DNA from: a virus
Length of the DNA stretch: 64,000 nucleotides
Direction: 5' to 3' (one strand)
IMG/VR virus record: IMGVR_UViG_3300035698_004085
Location: 96,001-160,000 of that record
A model generated the notes under the pieces. It was not told where the DNA came from, made no database searches, and saw only the letters and a list, made by a program, of their open reading frames with translations. The first letter of the stretch is position 1. Each line of letters opens with the position of its first letter. The position numbers and the translations under genes are program-made. Positions 39,116-50,478 of this stretch are shown piece after piece.

Positions 39116-39278
39116 TTAATCTCTGTATAAGTATTCAATAGTCGGCGAGCTTAAGGTTTTATGCAGAAAGATTGGCGAGTAATTATGCATTCGCCAATCT
39201 TTAGTGGATTAGTGTATAAGTATTCTGCTTAATCTCTGTATAAGTATTCAATAGTCGGCGAGCTTAAGGTTTTATGCA
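39116..39278. repeat. 50-bp perfect direct repeat
   Basis: 39116-39165 = 39229-39278. Confidence 0.95.
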
Positions 39279-39679
39279 AAGATTATCCAGGATTGTATAA
39301 GTATTCTGCTTAATCTCTGCATAAGTATGCAGAATCCTTGCAGAAGTTTTAAAAATCCCTGGAAATCCCTGGAAATCCCTGGAGAATGGCTGGAAATCCT
39401 TAGAGAATGGCTGATTAATGCATATATATGCTGTATATGTATGCATAGGGGGGTCGTAAGGTATCCGATGTATAGGAGATTATGGGACCCTGATTTTACC
39501 TCTTTTTAAAACAGAAGGGTTTTTAAAACCAAGCTCTGTTAATAAAGCACTTTTTAAAATCTCCTTGCACAATGGTTCGCCAAGTATAATTCTGGCGAGA
39601 GGTTGTGCAGATTTTAAAAACACTGTGCAAGATTTTAAAAATCTACCTTAAGAGGTTTTAAAAATCGGTTCTATAATCT

Positions 39680-39712
39680 TCTTAAATCCCCCTACGCTGT
39701 GTGTAGTATATT
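39680..39712 (+). promoter_or_regulatory. Putative phage late promoter
   Basis: TCTTAA-N21-TATATT. Confidence 0.55.
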
Positions 39713-39741
39713 AGGGGTAGGTTAATAACAGGAGAAAAATT

Positions 39742-39951
39742 ATGAAACGAGTAGTTATAAGCGAATCTAGTTATAAGAGAATTGCCCAGGAGCTTGGTAT
39801 GGAGTTAGATGACGAGCCTAGAGAGATTGATGATGAGATGGCTTCAGCCTTAAAAACCTTTCTGGAGGCTAATGGGATTATAAACCCAACAGCTGAGCAA
39901 ATGGCAGACGTTTATATGCTTTTTAAAGACTATGCAGCAAACGCTCAGTAA
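39742..39951 (+). CDS. Leader-family acidic protein
   Basis: AGGAG RBS; MKRVVISESSYKRIAQ. Confidence 0.65.
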   Translation: MKRVVISESSYKRIAQELGMELDDEPREIDDEMASALKTFLEANGIINPTAEQMADVYMLFKDYAANAQ

Positions 39952-40132
39952 CAGCTCCCCCCAACCTTCGGACAACGCTTCGTCAATACCTATATAAATA
40001 CCCTTACAAGTATTTCGTTACCTGAAAGACCCCCCTTGTTCAAAAGAGGGGTAGTTGTATAGAGAATAAGGTACCATATGTAGGGTTATAGTATAGCTGT
40101 AAAGTAAGGATTGACTCGTTATGTGGTTAATG

Positions 40133-40165
40133 CTTTAAAATTTACTATTTGAGTGGGAGTATAAT
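40133..40165 (+). promoter_or_regulatory. Putative phage late promoter
   Basis: CTTTAA-N21-TATAAT. Confidence 0.65.
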
Positions 40166-40187
40166 GTGTGGTAGGAGAAAATGAATT

Positions 40188-40733
40188 ATGATAAAAATAT
40201 CGAAGAGTGGTTATCGAAGGCTTTCTCAATCGTATAACCAGGATTTAGTCAACAAGGTAACTAATGGTGCGGCAGAAGGTTGGTACTTTCATGCTTCAGA
40301 CCAGCCGTTGTTAGGTATAGATAAGGGGTATGTTACGTTGTTTGTGGAGGCTAATGACTATGATGACTCTACTCATTACGGGAATGTGTATAATTTTGTG
40401 TATCCTAATAGCGTTATAGAGGCTACTAGTTTGGTTGAAGAGGTTAGAGGTGCTTTGATTAGCGACCGCGATGCTGGAGGTTTGAGTCCAGATTTAGATA
40501 GTACGTTTGATGGTGGTATGTTAGATCAGTTAGAAGAAGAGTTTAACCCTGACGATATTGTAGATACGGCTGGTTTATGGGATAGTCCAGAATTTGTCAG
40601 TTGGTTTTATGACAAGTTTGGAAATACGTTTGTTAAGACTTGGGATGGTGGAGTTTGTCCAGTCATCTCAGAGTTTAACGGTACTATAATTTCTATGACT
40701 GAGGAGGAGTTTGAGTCTCTTTCTGATTATTAA
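40188..40733 (+). CDS. Leader-family acidic protein, possible ADP-ribosyltransferase-like fold
   Basis: MIKISKSGYRRLSQ; WYFHAS...YGNVY pattern. Confidence 0.55.
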   Translation: MIKISKSGYRRLSQSYNQDLVNKVTNGAAEGWYFHASDQPLLGIDKGYVTLFVEANDYDDSTHYGNVYNFVYPNSVIEATSLVEEVRGALISDRDAGGLSPDLDSTFDGGMLDQLEEEFNPDDIVDTAGLWDSPEFVSWFYDKFGNTFVKTWDGGVCPVISEFNGTIISMTEEEFESLSDY

Positions 40734-40775
40734 TTTTACAGGCGTGTTGTAACTATAATGGCTAACGAAGTTGTT

Positions 40776-41108
40776 TTAGTTTTTGTCTAGAACGTTAAAT
40801 ACTTCAGTTGCTACCACAAACCTACCTCTTTTTGTTTCCTCTGAGCAGCAGGAACATTCCTGATCGTGGTTTAGTTCTGTGGCTACAACATCCAAGACCT
40901 GCTCCAGCCTCTTTTCGGCTGCTTCGGCGCGGGCTTTCATTTTGCAATAGGGTGTGCCACCATCATCACCTACCAAACCGTCGTTGCCCTCTGTACAGAT
41001 ACCTGCTGCAAGAGCGAAGCACTCCCTCTCCAGCTCCCCGATCCTTGCGTTGGCTGTAGATAGGTTGGATAGTGCTTTACATAGAGCATAGTCCGGTTTA
41101 ATTTCCAT
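40776..41108 (-). CDS. Hypothetical protein
   Basis: GGAGG RBS and TTGACA-N17-TAAGAT promoter on the minus strand. Confidence 0.55.
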   Translation of the reverse strand: MEIKPDYALCKALSNLSTANARIGELERECFALAAGICTEGNDGLVGDDGGTPYCKMKARAEAAEKRLEQVLDVVATELNHDQECSCCSEETKRGRFVVATEVFNVLDKN

Positions 41109-41621
41109 CTGATTCCTCCCTCTCTCCTCTCACGGTCTAAAGACCGTGAAGTTCTTAATCATTATTAGGAATCTTAACATTTCTTTTTAGTTCTGTCAAG
41201 TCTTTTTTAGATTAGCCTAGAACCCAGTTACAATGAGGGCATGGTTCATTTTGCAGAGAGGTGTCCTCATTAAGTTTTTTACCACATTGACTACACGTAA
41301 CGAGAGGTTCCATATCATTAACACATACTGCGCATTCTTGACAGTCCTTTTTGTTACTGATTGACCAAGCGCATCCTTTGAATTGGTTTTCCATTGTTTT
41401 CCTTTTGTTGTGCTGTTTTTCAGCTTCTGTTAGCAGACTAGCATTGTGTGGGAAGCATGTCAAGTCTTTTCTACTTTTTATTCTTGACGCATCTTTCCAG
41501 AGATGCTAAGATAGCTTTTGCATGCAAGAGGAACGGCTAACGAAGTTGTTTAGACATTTGTTTAGCGGTTTTAGCTATGTTTAGACGTTCGTGTTAATTT
41601 TCAAAAGAGTTGAATAATTGC

Positions 41622-41650
41622 TTGACATGGTTTGACCAGTGTGTTAGGCT
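41622..41650 (+). promoter_or_regulatory. Sigma70-type promoter
   Basis: TTGACA-N17-TAGGCT. Confidence 0.7.
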
Positions 41651-42157
41651 ATGTTTCTGAGGTTTTTAAGAAAGGATTTATAGGATGACTAAGGTAAAGA
41701 TGTTTCAATCTCATTTTTTAGGAGATCTGGAGGCGGAGATAAATGTTTATATTGAGAAGATGCACAAAAAAGGGTACGAGGTAGTAAGTCAAACCGTACA
41801 GTCTATTTCAGGTATAGACTTGGCAGTATGCGCTTCTCCTGTACAACAAGTTCTTATTACGGTTTGGGCGTCAAAGAAGAAGGATTTATAAAATGGAGGA
41901 CAAAGAATACATTAGTTATCTAGAGAAGGAGCTTGAAAATTATATTGGGTTGGCAAAGGGCGCTGAGGTTAAAGTTCATAAGTTAGAAAAGCGTATTAAA
42001 GAGATTCTAGCTTGGTATGCTAAGTGGGGTTGTTTAGATTCTGGTCAAGCGATTTGGGCACCTCCAGGGGAGGAGTTTGAGTCTACCCTAACCAGGAGCT
42101 ATGAGTAAGTACAGTACTGCTGTAGCTGTTAGCTCACCAGAACGATGAGGAGGAAAA

Positions 42158-42715
42158 ATGACAATAAGGTTAAAGAGAAGTATTGATATGTCAACAATTA
42201 TTAATACGCTTGATTTAGAACTGCTGGATCATCCTGAGTACAAGTATCTTTTTGTAGGAGACTGGCATGACTTATCAGAGGAGCTAAAGTCTATAGGTTG
42301 GACTGAGGATGCGTTCTTAATAATGCTTAAACACGATGAGGAAGAGGTGTGCATAGGTTACGTTAAGTGGCGTTGTAACCGCACCCATGATGAGGTTAGC
42401 AATGTCTCAATGCTTTTATCTCCTGAGTATTTAAATTCTGGTATAGGTGCTTATGTTATGGCTCGGTTGTTGTTTTACCTTTTGGAGGATCGTGGTTATC
42501 GAAAGATACGTTTTCTATGTTTTTCTAATAACGCTAGAGGGCTTCGATTGTACAGAAAGTTTTTAGAGTTTGGTGGTAGGGAGGTTGGGTTATATAAGGA
42601 GGATTTCAAGCTTAGGGACGGTAAGTATTATGACAATATTGCATTTGAGCTTTTAAAAAAGGATTTTCAGTCTACTTCTAAGCTTACCAGATTGGCAAGC
42701 AGGGTAGTTATTTAG
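42158..42715 (+). CDS. GNAT (RimJ/RimL-like) acetyltransferase
   Basis: PEYLNSGIG, N.RG..LY.K, G.YYD. Confidence 0.8.
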   Translation: MTIRLKRSIDMSTIINTLDLELLDHPEYKYLFVGDWHDLSEELKSIGWTEDAFLIMLKHDEEEVCIGYVKWRCNRTHDEVSNVSMLLSPEYLNSGIGAYVMARLLFYLLEDRGYRKIRFLCFSNNARGLRLYRKFLEFGGREVGLYKEDFKLRDGKYYDNIAFELLKKDFQSTSKLTRLASRVVI

Positions 42716-45223
42716 AAAGGTTTGAAAAACGGAGAGCTAACTTTATTCCTAAAATTAGCTTGACAACTGTTTTGTAGTGTGTTAAATAGGGAGAAGGAAA
42801 ATTGAGAAAGGATTTTTAGGATGAAGAGAGCTAATGACAAAATGCCTAAAGCGCCCCCTGCACCGACAGAAGATATTAATTTTTTGCAAGCTGATTTAAG
42901 TAAGTGTGCAAAGCACGGCGACTACTATATGGCTAGTTGGTCTTCAAAGTCTTTTGAAGATGGGTCAATTCGCATTGAAGGCTCTTTGTGCGTTTGTTGC
43001 ATGTTGGAAAATGCTGAGAAGTTGAGATTGGCTGAAGAAGAGATCCTTGAGTTGAGGAAAGAGAACTCTAGCTTTCCTACAGAGGCTGCTTATCAAGGTC
43101 TTATGGTCAGAGCTTTGAACGCTGAGGAAGCTAGAGATAAGTATAAAGCTGAGAGAGACTCACTGGCGTATGAATGGTTTGACCCTGATGAGGTAGCTTC
43201 TATTTGTGGAGTGAGAGACGCTTATAAAGCTGAGAAAGAGATTGCAGAAGCAAAGCTTGCACAGTTGGAAAATGCGGTTATGGACCATGAGGTAGCTAAG
43301 TGGGGAGCAAGTCCTGTAGAGAGTGACGTTGACAGAGATCTTTATGATCTTGTAGGTCCAAGAGAGGAAGGTTAAAATGAAAACAGTTACGTTAAATTCA
43401 AAGAAGTCTCCAGAATACTCTGTTGCTTTTCCTGACCATTTTCTTCAGCTATGGTTATCGAGTGGAGATAATGTGCTAAATGCTTATGGTGAGTTTGCTG
43501 GTGACACCGTAGCTTGGCTAACTTATGACGAGGCTAAAGAGCTTAGAGAAGCTTTGGACAGTCAGATTAAACAAGAGGATCTAATTAGGTCTATTAAGGA
43601 AGACGATGCAGGAGTTAAATGGATAGAAGAGTGTATTGCTCTAATGCCAGACAATAATCCTAAAGAACCTTATAGGCTGACTAAAGAAAATCTTGATAAA
43701 ATGCGAAAAAGGATTGAAGGTTATGCAAACTTTGTTGTTTAAGATTATTGGTGTTTTGTTTTTTGTTATAGGTATTTTAGGAATTGGTCATGGCGTTTGG
43801 CTAGAGTTAGAAATGCTTGATTGGTGGTGCTTTACACCAGTTACAACGGGGTTTCAAGGACTTGATTGGGCTTTAACCCCTATTATTGTTTTCGTTTTTC
43901 CTTCTGCAGTAGTTGTTATCCCTTTTGTTATTGGAGCGCTTTGCATGAATCTGTCTAAGGAGGATTTATAGAAATGACTGATACAAAATACCCTTCCTGG
44001 GTTGACGCGAAGATAAGTTTTAATACTTCTCAGGCGACGGCTAAGTGTCGTTTGTGTAATGTTAATATTGATAGGGGGGAGATGAGGTTTGTGTTAAAGG
44101 AGGTTCATGTGTCTCCTAAGATTAAGGATCTTCATTTTCATTCTGAGTGCATGGAGAGGATTTCTAAGTTTGTGCTTGCTTCTGTTGCGACTGAGACAGA
44201 CCTTCAAGGTTTTCGCAAGCACTTAGAGTATGCGAAAGGTATAGTAGAAGGTTTTCCAGTGTGGAAACAGAATCTTTTAGGAACAAGAGTAAACAAGGAA
44301 AGAGAAAACAATGACTGATACACAGATACAGAGAAAGCTAAACCAACTTAGGAAGATTGCTAATGAGCTTGTAGCCGAAGCTGAAGAGCGTTGGGGAGAG
44401 TTTGCAAGCTTGTCTTACGCTAGCGGTTACTTTAACTTGCAAGAGCACTGTGACGATTCTCAAGAGCATACAAAGTTTAGCTCAACGGAGGGTTGCCGTA
44501 TGGATAGTGGAGATTGGTAAAATGAATAAAGAATTAATAGAGAAGTTTGAAAAGGCTTATAATAATTACTCAAAGTCTCATTCTAAATGGAGACAAGGCA
44601 GCTATCTTTACTCTGATGAGCTACTAGAGATTTATGAAGACTTTGTTACTGAGCTACAACCTCTTCTTCCTAAAATTATAAAAGCTCTAAAAACTTCTTG
44701 ACATTTGCGTAAACTTAGGATACGCTGTTATTCAAGAACTTTTTAGAAAGGAAATTGAAAAATGAAATTTGTAATAGCCGTGCCGGTAACCGTTGAAGTA
44801 CTTTGCGAGGTAGAAGCAGAAGACGAAGATACTGCGTATGAGATGGTTGATGACTTGGACTTTGATTTGAGAGAGACTGTCAATGGCGTTGAGGTTAAGG
44901 ACCGAAGAATGGAATTAGAGTATTGCGAACAACCAGACTACGATAATATGACAATTACGGAGATAAAGTAATGGATAGCGACATGACCATAGACGAGTTT
45001 GTAAGCGTCTTAGATGACCATATGGTTGAGATTGGAGACTATGTAACTGTTGATCTTCGGCATCCACCAAGAACTACAAGAATGATCTTCAGAGGAATTC
45101 GTGAAGGAAGTCATGGAGACTTTCAAGTTCTTGTTGGAGATATTGAAGATCTTAGAACTATTGATGTTCATCCTTCCTGCATTGTAGACTGGAAATCTTT
45201 TTACGAAGAGTTGATGGGATAAT

Positions 45224-45514
45224 ATGACTAATAACCTAATGACACCAGATCATCCAAGGTGGGACGAGTTTCTAGAGAGGCTTAGTGGTCCAGACGGATG
45301 TGACTTAAAAGAAATAGATGGAAACCGATATAGCAAGTGTTCCGCTCTAAGAGAGCGTCCGTTTGCTAGTGCTGTTTTAAAAGATATGGGAATGTCGGTG
45401 CAAGCGTCTTTAACCTTTTTTAACAGCTATGGAGGTTATTGCGACTGTGAGATCTTCTCTAACGTTAGTAGCTCATATGAAAGCGACAAGAGAAAGGCAT
45501 CACTCAATGACTGA
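45224..45514 (+). CDS. DUF2695-like protein
   Basis: F...GGYCDCEI..N. Confidence 0.6.
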   Translation: MTNNLMTPDHPRWDEFLERLSGPDGCDLKEIDGNRYSKCSALRERPFASAVLKDMGMSVQASLTFFNSYGGYCDCEIFSNVSSSYESDKRKASLND

Positions 45515-47501
45515 GATACCAGAAGAGCAACCTGTTACGTCAACTACTACTATTTCTCAACAGAGTAATTGGCAAGTGCATTTTGGCGATATTATTTATA
45601 CTCCATTAAAAGGAAATGAGCCTAATTGGTTTTATAGATTTATGCAAAGATTGTTGCTTGGTTTCAGGTGGGTTAAGAAAGAGAAATGAGATGACAAAGA
45701 ATTTAATAGATTTTATGCATGGCTTTTTGCTAAGAGCCTTCCCAAGATCTCACACATTAGAGTTTGTGAATGGAGGGGAAGATCTTTCAATCTTTATTCG
45801 TGTTCCAAATTCTCCAGTGATGAATGTTCGTTCGGTTCTTTATAAAGAGATTGAAACAATGGACTTTGCTGTTACAGAGGGTCATAACTTGGCTATCGAA
45901 ATGATTGGAGAATGAAAATGAGTAGTTTAGAAAATGACATAAAGGCTCTTGAAGAAAAGCTGTTGCGGAAGTATTCCGAGCATATCTCCCACTTTCATGG
46001 AGAGTCTAACGGAATCCTTTCAAAGATCATATACGATCTTGATCTTTCTATTAAGGAGAACAAAGCTTTTAAAGGAGTTAACGGTGAGTTAGGAGAATCT
46101 ATTCTCAAGTTGAAGAAGAGTAATAAGGAGCATAGAGAAACTATTAAATTCCTGTTAAAGATTATTGACAAGTTGGCTCGTTTCCATTATGATGTTCCGT
46201 TGGGTTTGGACCCTACGTTTTACGTGACTGGAAGCGCTGATGGAGATCAAAGAGTACAGACAGAGTTAACACGCCTTCAGCATAATATGAGTGTTGGAGA
46301 ATAAGACAATGAGTGATGGACAAAAGTTTAATAAACTAACCAATCTCTTGATAGAAGCGTTAAAGAATATTTCTCATAACGCTGAGGTAGCTTCTCATCC
46401 GTTGCGTCCACCTATTGGAGTAATGCCACGTTGGAGATGGCTAGAGTTGAGGGCAGAAGGTTTGGCGGCAGCTCTTACCCGTTATAAGGAAGCTGGTAAC
46501 CCTAATCCAGAGTTGACGTATAAGTGGACAGTAGAGATGCTTCAACTTGAAAGAGAACTATCTAAAATGCCTGAGCATGAAAGTTGTGACAAATGAAAAT
46601 TCTAAGTTCAGAAATTGATTGGATGGAAAAGTTTCTTAACAAACCTAAGCTTATTCTTACGATTGATGAGATTCCTTCTGGCGATGACATTAAATACGAG
46701 CGACGAGACTCTTTGTACTACGGAGTTACAGAAGATGGGTACGTAAGCTACTTCTATTATCCTGGACCCGGTACTGGTTATGGAGGTGCTACGTTTACCT
46801 TGAACATGAAAGACGGATCTATTGCAGAACTGATTGGTCCTTGGTCTTCTAATCCTGGTTGCTTTCATTCTGCAGGATTTTCTAATTGTGTTGAGGTTGT
46901 TCTTAAGGAAGATGGTAAAAGGAGTCTCTATAGTGGGAGCGTTCTGCTAACGGTTGCTGAGTCTGAGGTGACGAAGCATGGAGCAAAGATGCAGAAGGAG
47001 ACTTGGGAAGACGGCGACGATTATTACGTAATTGTGAAAGACGAGGAGAAATAGTTATGAAGGGTATTATTGGTTTTATTGTAGTTTTGATTATATGGGT
47101 GTCGATTTCCGTATTTCTAACTTCAGCCGCTTATCTCAAGAGCATAAAAGAAGATTTTCAGAACGTTCGCCAGTATCGCTGCAATAACTGTGTTGGCGAA
47201 GTTCTTATTGAACATGTAGACGAGTCTATGTATTGGTATCCTACTCTTTACAATTGCTGTGAAAGAGAGAAGTAAAAATGAAGTTAGAAGAGATAACTAC
47301 TAGCATGAACCTAGACGTAGAGAGCCTAGAGATTCGTTTAATGTTTGCTGATAAGATGGCATGGTGGGTTGACAAGCTGGTTGTGATGCAGCTTATAGAC
47401 GCTCGTAGCGGTATTGCGGATGCCAGGAGTAACTATGGTGAGCCTTTCAAGTATATTTATGATCCTAGTTTAAAGCCATATAAAGATGAGGAGTTTTAAA
47501 A

Positions 47502-47879
47502 ATGGAATTATCAAAGCATCAAAAGTATCAGAAACCAAGTACCTACATTAAAGCAGCACAAGAAGAGCTAGAGCAGATAGAACCTTCAGAGTACATTCTT
47601 TGTGCTGCTATTCACTATCAGGTCGAGAAAAAGTACGTACATCAGCCTAAGAACGTCGAGAAGGGCATTGTAATCTGTGGTAGACGACACCACAACTGCA
47701 TAGCAACTAAGAGTGAAACCTCGCTTGAGAGGAGCAATAACGGCGTTCAGGGCTTTATGACAAACTTGGATAGGTTTGTAGATCGTGAAAAAGCTTGGCT
47801 AATTGCTATGGGAGCAAATCAAGTTGTTAATAGGGAGGGACTTCCTTCTGAAACACTGTATAGTGAGCATCTGTACTAA
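47502..47879 (+). CDS. Phage hypothetical protein
   Basis: ILCAAI..GRRHHNC..QGF.TN..RFVDR..LYSE motif set. Confidence 0.6.
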   Translation: MELSKHQKYQKPSTYIKAAQEELEQIEPSEYILCAAIHYQVEKKYVHQPKNVEKGIVICGRRHHNCIATKSETSLERSNNGVQGFMTNLDRFVDREKAWLIAMGANQVVNREGLPSETLYSEHLY

Positions 47880-48258
47880 GGAGATTTTAAAATGAAGTCT
47901 TTAAAAGGAACTTCTATAATTTTTGTTTTGTTGATTGGCGTTTTGGCTACTACTTATTGTTTGTTAAGAAAGCCAGTTGTAGATACTTCTGTTGAAGAAG
48001 TTGAAACGCTTTGCGAAGATGCTGGAGTAACGCCATGTTCAAAATCTTAATAAGATGGTTCCAAGCTTATGTACTAGGCTATAAAACTTGTCCAAAATGT
48101 AATGTTTGGACAAGTTGGAAGACTCAGCAAGAGGTTGTCTTATTTAATGACAAAGATTCTATCTACAACAATTACACATGTAGATCTTGCGGATACAAAG
48201 CTACATTGATGTCTAACATTTTATATCGAGAGTTGAAGAATAAGGGAGTTATCTAAAA

Positions 48259-48675
48259 ATGGTTAAGACTGGAGACTATTGTAGCGTAGGTTTAGTACTG
48301 CCTAATTCAAAATCTAATTTTCCAGATCTTGGAGATGACTGTATGGTAATGGACGCAGATGACTTAAAGAAGCTTAGTCCATATCATAAAGACGTTCCAA
48401 GACTTAGAGGCTATTATCAAGCGTGTTTTATGTTATCGTTTGACCGTTATCAAAATATTATAGTAGAAGACTCTGCTGTACATGAGTTAAACGCAGAAGC
48501 TTTAAACGTAGCTCATCATCTTTATTATTTAGGAATTATGAATCAAGAAAATTATGAGAAGGCTCATAAGAAAAAGTTGGTAAAGCTTTTCTATCAAAAA
48601 GATTATCTTGGAAGAACATTGGGAGTTGACATATTACTAGCCGAATGGCTTAAAGTTTGGATAGGAGTTATCTAA
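48259..48675 (+). CDS. Hypothetical protein, paralog of 48677
   Basis: MVKTGDY..DADDL..AEWLKVWIG. Confidence 0.6.
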   Translation: MVKTGDYCSVGLVLPNSKSNFPDLGDDCMVMDADDLKKLSPYHKDVPRLRGYYQACFMLSFDRYQNIIVEDSAVHELNAEALNVAHHLYYLGIMNQENYEKAHKKKLVKLFYQKDYLGRTLGVDILLAEWLKVWIGVI

Positions 48676-48676
48676 A

Positions 48677-49120
48677 ATGGTTAAACCTGGAGAATACTAT
48701 ATTGATCTGGAAGACTACGAGAGCGCTAGTATTACTATTGATCTTACTTCTCCTTACCCTAAGGCTCCTTATGGCTTACCTTGTAAAGATGCTGACGATC
48801 TTCCACTTGGGTCTGAAGGAGTTAAGAATGCGTCAGAGCTGAGAGAATACTATAGAAGCATCATAGAGAGCGCGTCAGAGGGCATTGTAGGCTGTTTAGC
48901 GCCTAATTACAAACAAACCCTCCAAGAAGCTGACCTAACCATTAGAGAGGCTTGTAAGCACATCTACGACCAAGGGCTAATGAATAAAAAGAATTATAAG
49001 CTGGTTATCGAGGAGAGACTGGTCTTTATTGATTTGCTGCGTAAGTATGATGAGACTGAGCCGACAGGTATTTGTCTAGAGATTGCTGAGTGGCTTAAAA
49101 AGTGGATTGGGAATTGTTAA
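48677..49120 (+). CDS. Hypothetical protein, paralog of 48259
   Basis: MVKPGEY..DADDL..AEWLKKWIG. Confidence 0.6.
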   Translation: MVKPGEYYIDLEDYESASITIDLTSPYPKAPYGLPCKDADDLPLGSEGVKNASELREYYRSIIESASEGIVGCLAPNYKQTLQEADLTIREACKHIYDQGLMNKKNYKLVIEERLVFIDLLRKYDETEPTGICLEIAEWLKKWIGNC

Positions 49121-49166
49121 TTATTCGCTTCGAATTGTCTTCTGATAAGGGCATTGCCTATGAACC

Positions 49167-49724
49167 TCACTCTCCACCTTTCAGCGCGGATCTCATCCGT
49201 TCTGTTTGCCATTCGACCTCAGCATTTCTAGCAGCAGCAGCAGCATCAGCAGCATCATTTCTAGCAGCATAAGCAGCAGCATTTCTAGCAGCATAAGCAG
49301 CATCAGCAGCATAAGAAGCAGAAGCATTAGCAGCATAAGAAGCAGCAGCAGCTAACTCCTCCTTAGTAGCTTCGTCGTTTGCGAAACTACGCGACACCTC
49401 GATTGACGCCCAACTTCGGGGGTCTGTGTCACGTCCAGCGTCCCGCTCTCGGGTAAGTGCTCGTTCGGCGCAATCACATGCAAACAGCCGAAGCAGTTTG
49501 TTGAGATCAGGTGTTGTTTCGACTGCGCTAGAGATCGCCCAAAACAGATCATCCAACCCATTGCTATCCAGGATTTGCAACAGCGTGATCGGCGTCTCAC
49601 GTCCGTACGTTGTGATCCCACCCAGAGATTTAGCAAGATGCTTGTATCTCTGGACACACGCCTCGGCGTCATTTAGTTTCGCAAATGTCGTTGTAGGTAA
49701 AGTCATCACTTCTTTTCTGTTCAT
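49167..49724 (-). CDS. Imm5-like domain protein with an Ala-rich (AAYAA) repeat
   Basis: LFACDCAERAL..D.RS..SIEVSR..EEL followed by an Ala-rich tract. Confidence 0.6.
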   Translation of the reverse strand: MNRKEVMTLPTTTFAKLNDAEACVQRYKHLAKSLGGITTYGRETPITLLQILDSNGLDDLFWAISSAVETTPDLNKLLRLFACDCAERALTRERDAGRDTDPRSWASIEVSRSFANDEATKEELAAAASYAANASASYAADAAYAARNAAAYAARNDAADAAAAARNAEVEWQTERMRSALKGGE

Positions 49725-50478
49725 TTTCTTTTCCTTTTCTTAGTCTACGAGACTATCCATTGGCACAATTATATCCCAACCTAACACTTCAGACATTATA
49801 CCCCAAGAAGGTATCACATCAAAACTGAGGCGGGTCCAGTCCTCCCAAGTCAACCAGTCAACCTCAGTGCGCCCTACTACCAAATCATTAGCATACTCAC
49901 ATTTAAAGTATAGTTCATCCTCGAAAATTTGTGTCCAGGTATCTCCCAGATTAACGCCGCGAGGAGGGTTAATGCCAAGATGTGCGCAGCTCTTCTTCAA
50001 TAAGTCTCGCCTAAACCTAGTACAATTCTCGTGGTTAATGTTATAGTGACGCCTATCCTGCTGATAAAGGCTATGGATATTCAAGTCCTCACCATTGGCT
50101 AATAACTTTCCGTCTTCCTTACGAAGCTCGAACTTGACTGGAAATTTAAAAAGCATTGTGTCTTCCTTTAGTTATTAGCCAGTGGGTTCTCGTCCCAGTC
50201 ATTATCATTCTCAAGGCACAGATCATGTCCAGCTTCAGTCAGTCTTACCACTCTAGTACCGCCAGCGAGTCTAACAGTCTCAAGCGCAACAAGTCCTTTC
50301 TCAACCAGACCCTTAACCAGCCTTGGTCGCAGGCACCACTTGCTAGAAGAGGATTCGACCAGAAGGTTGTTGCTACCAAACCAAAGGCGTTGAACTGCGT
50401 TTTGCTCTTTTTCGTTGAGTTCGTCGAATGTCATTTTCTTTTCCTTTGTTGTGGCTGTTTCCCTCAGCGTCTAAAGGT

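Larger units (their letters stand above)
38076..39680. other. Large non-coding region, candidate origin of replication
   Basis: No convincing ORF; C-rich to G-rich flip; 18-bp perfect inverted repeat; 50-bp direct repeat; TTTTAAAA tracts. Confidence 0.6.

Noticed and set aside
39264-39509. 60-aa ORFs inside the putative origin
   Set aside because: Products of short tandem repeats; no RBS
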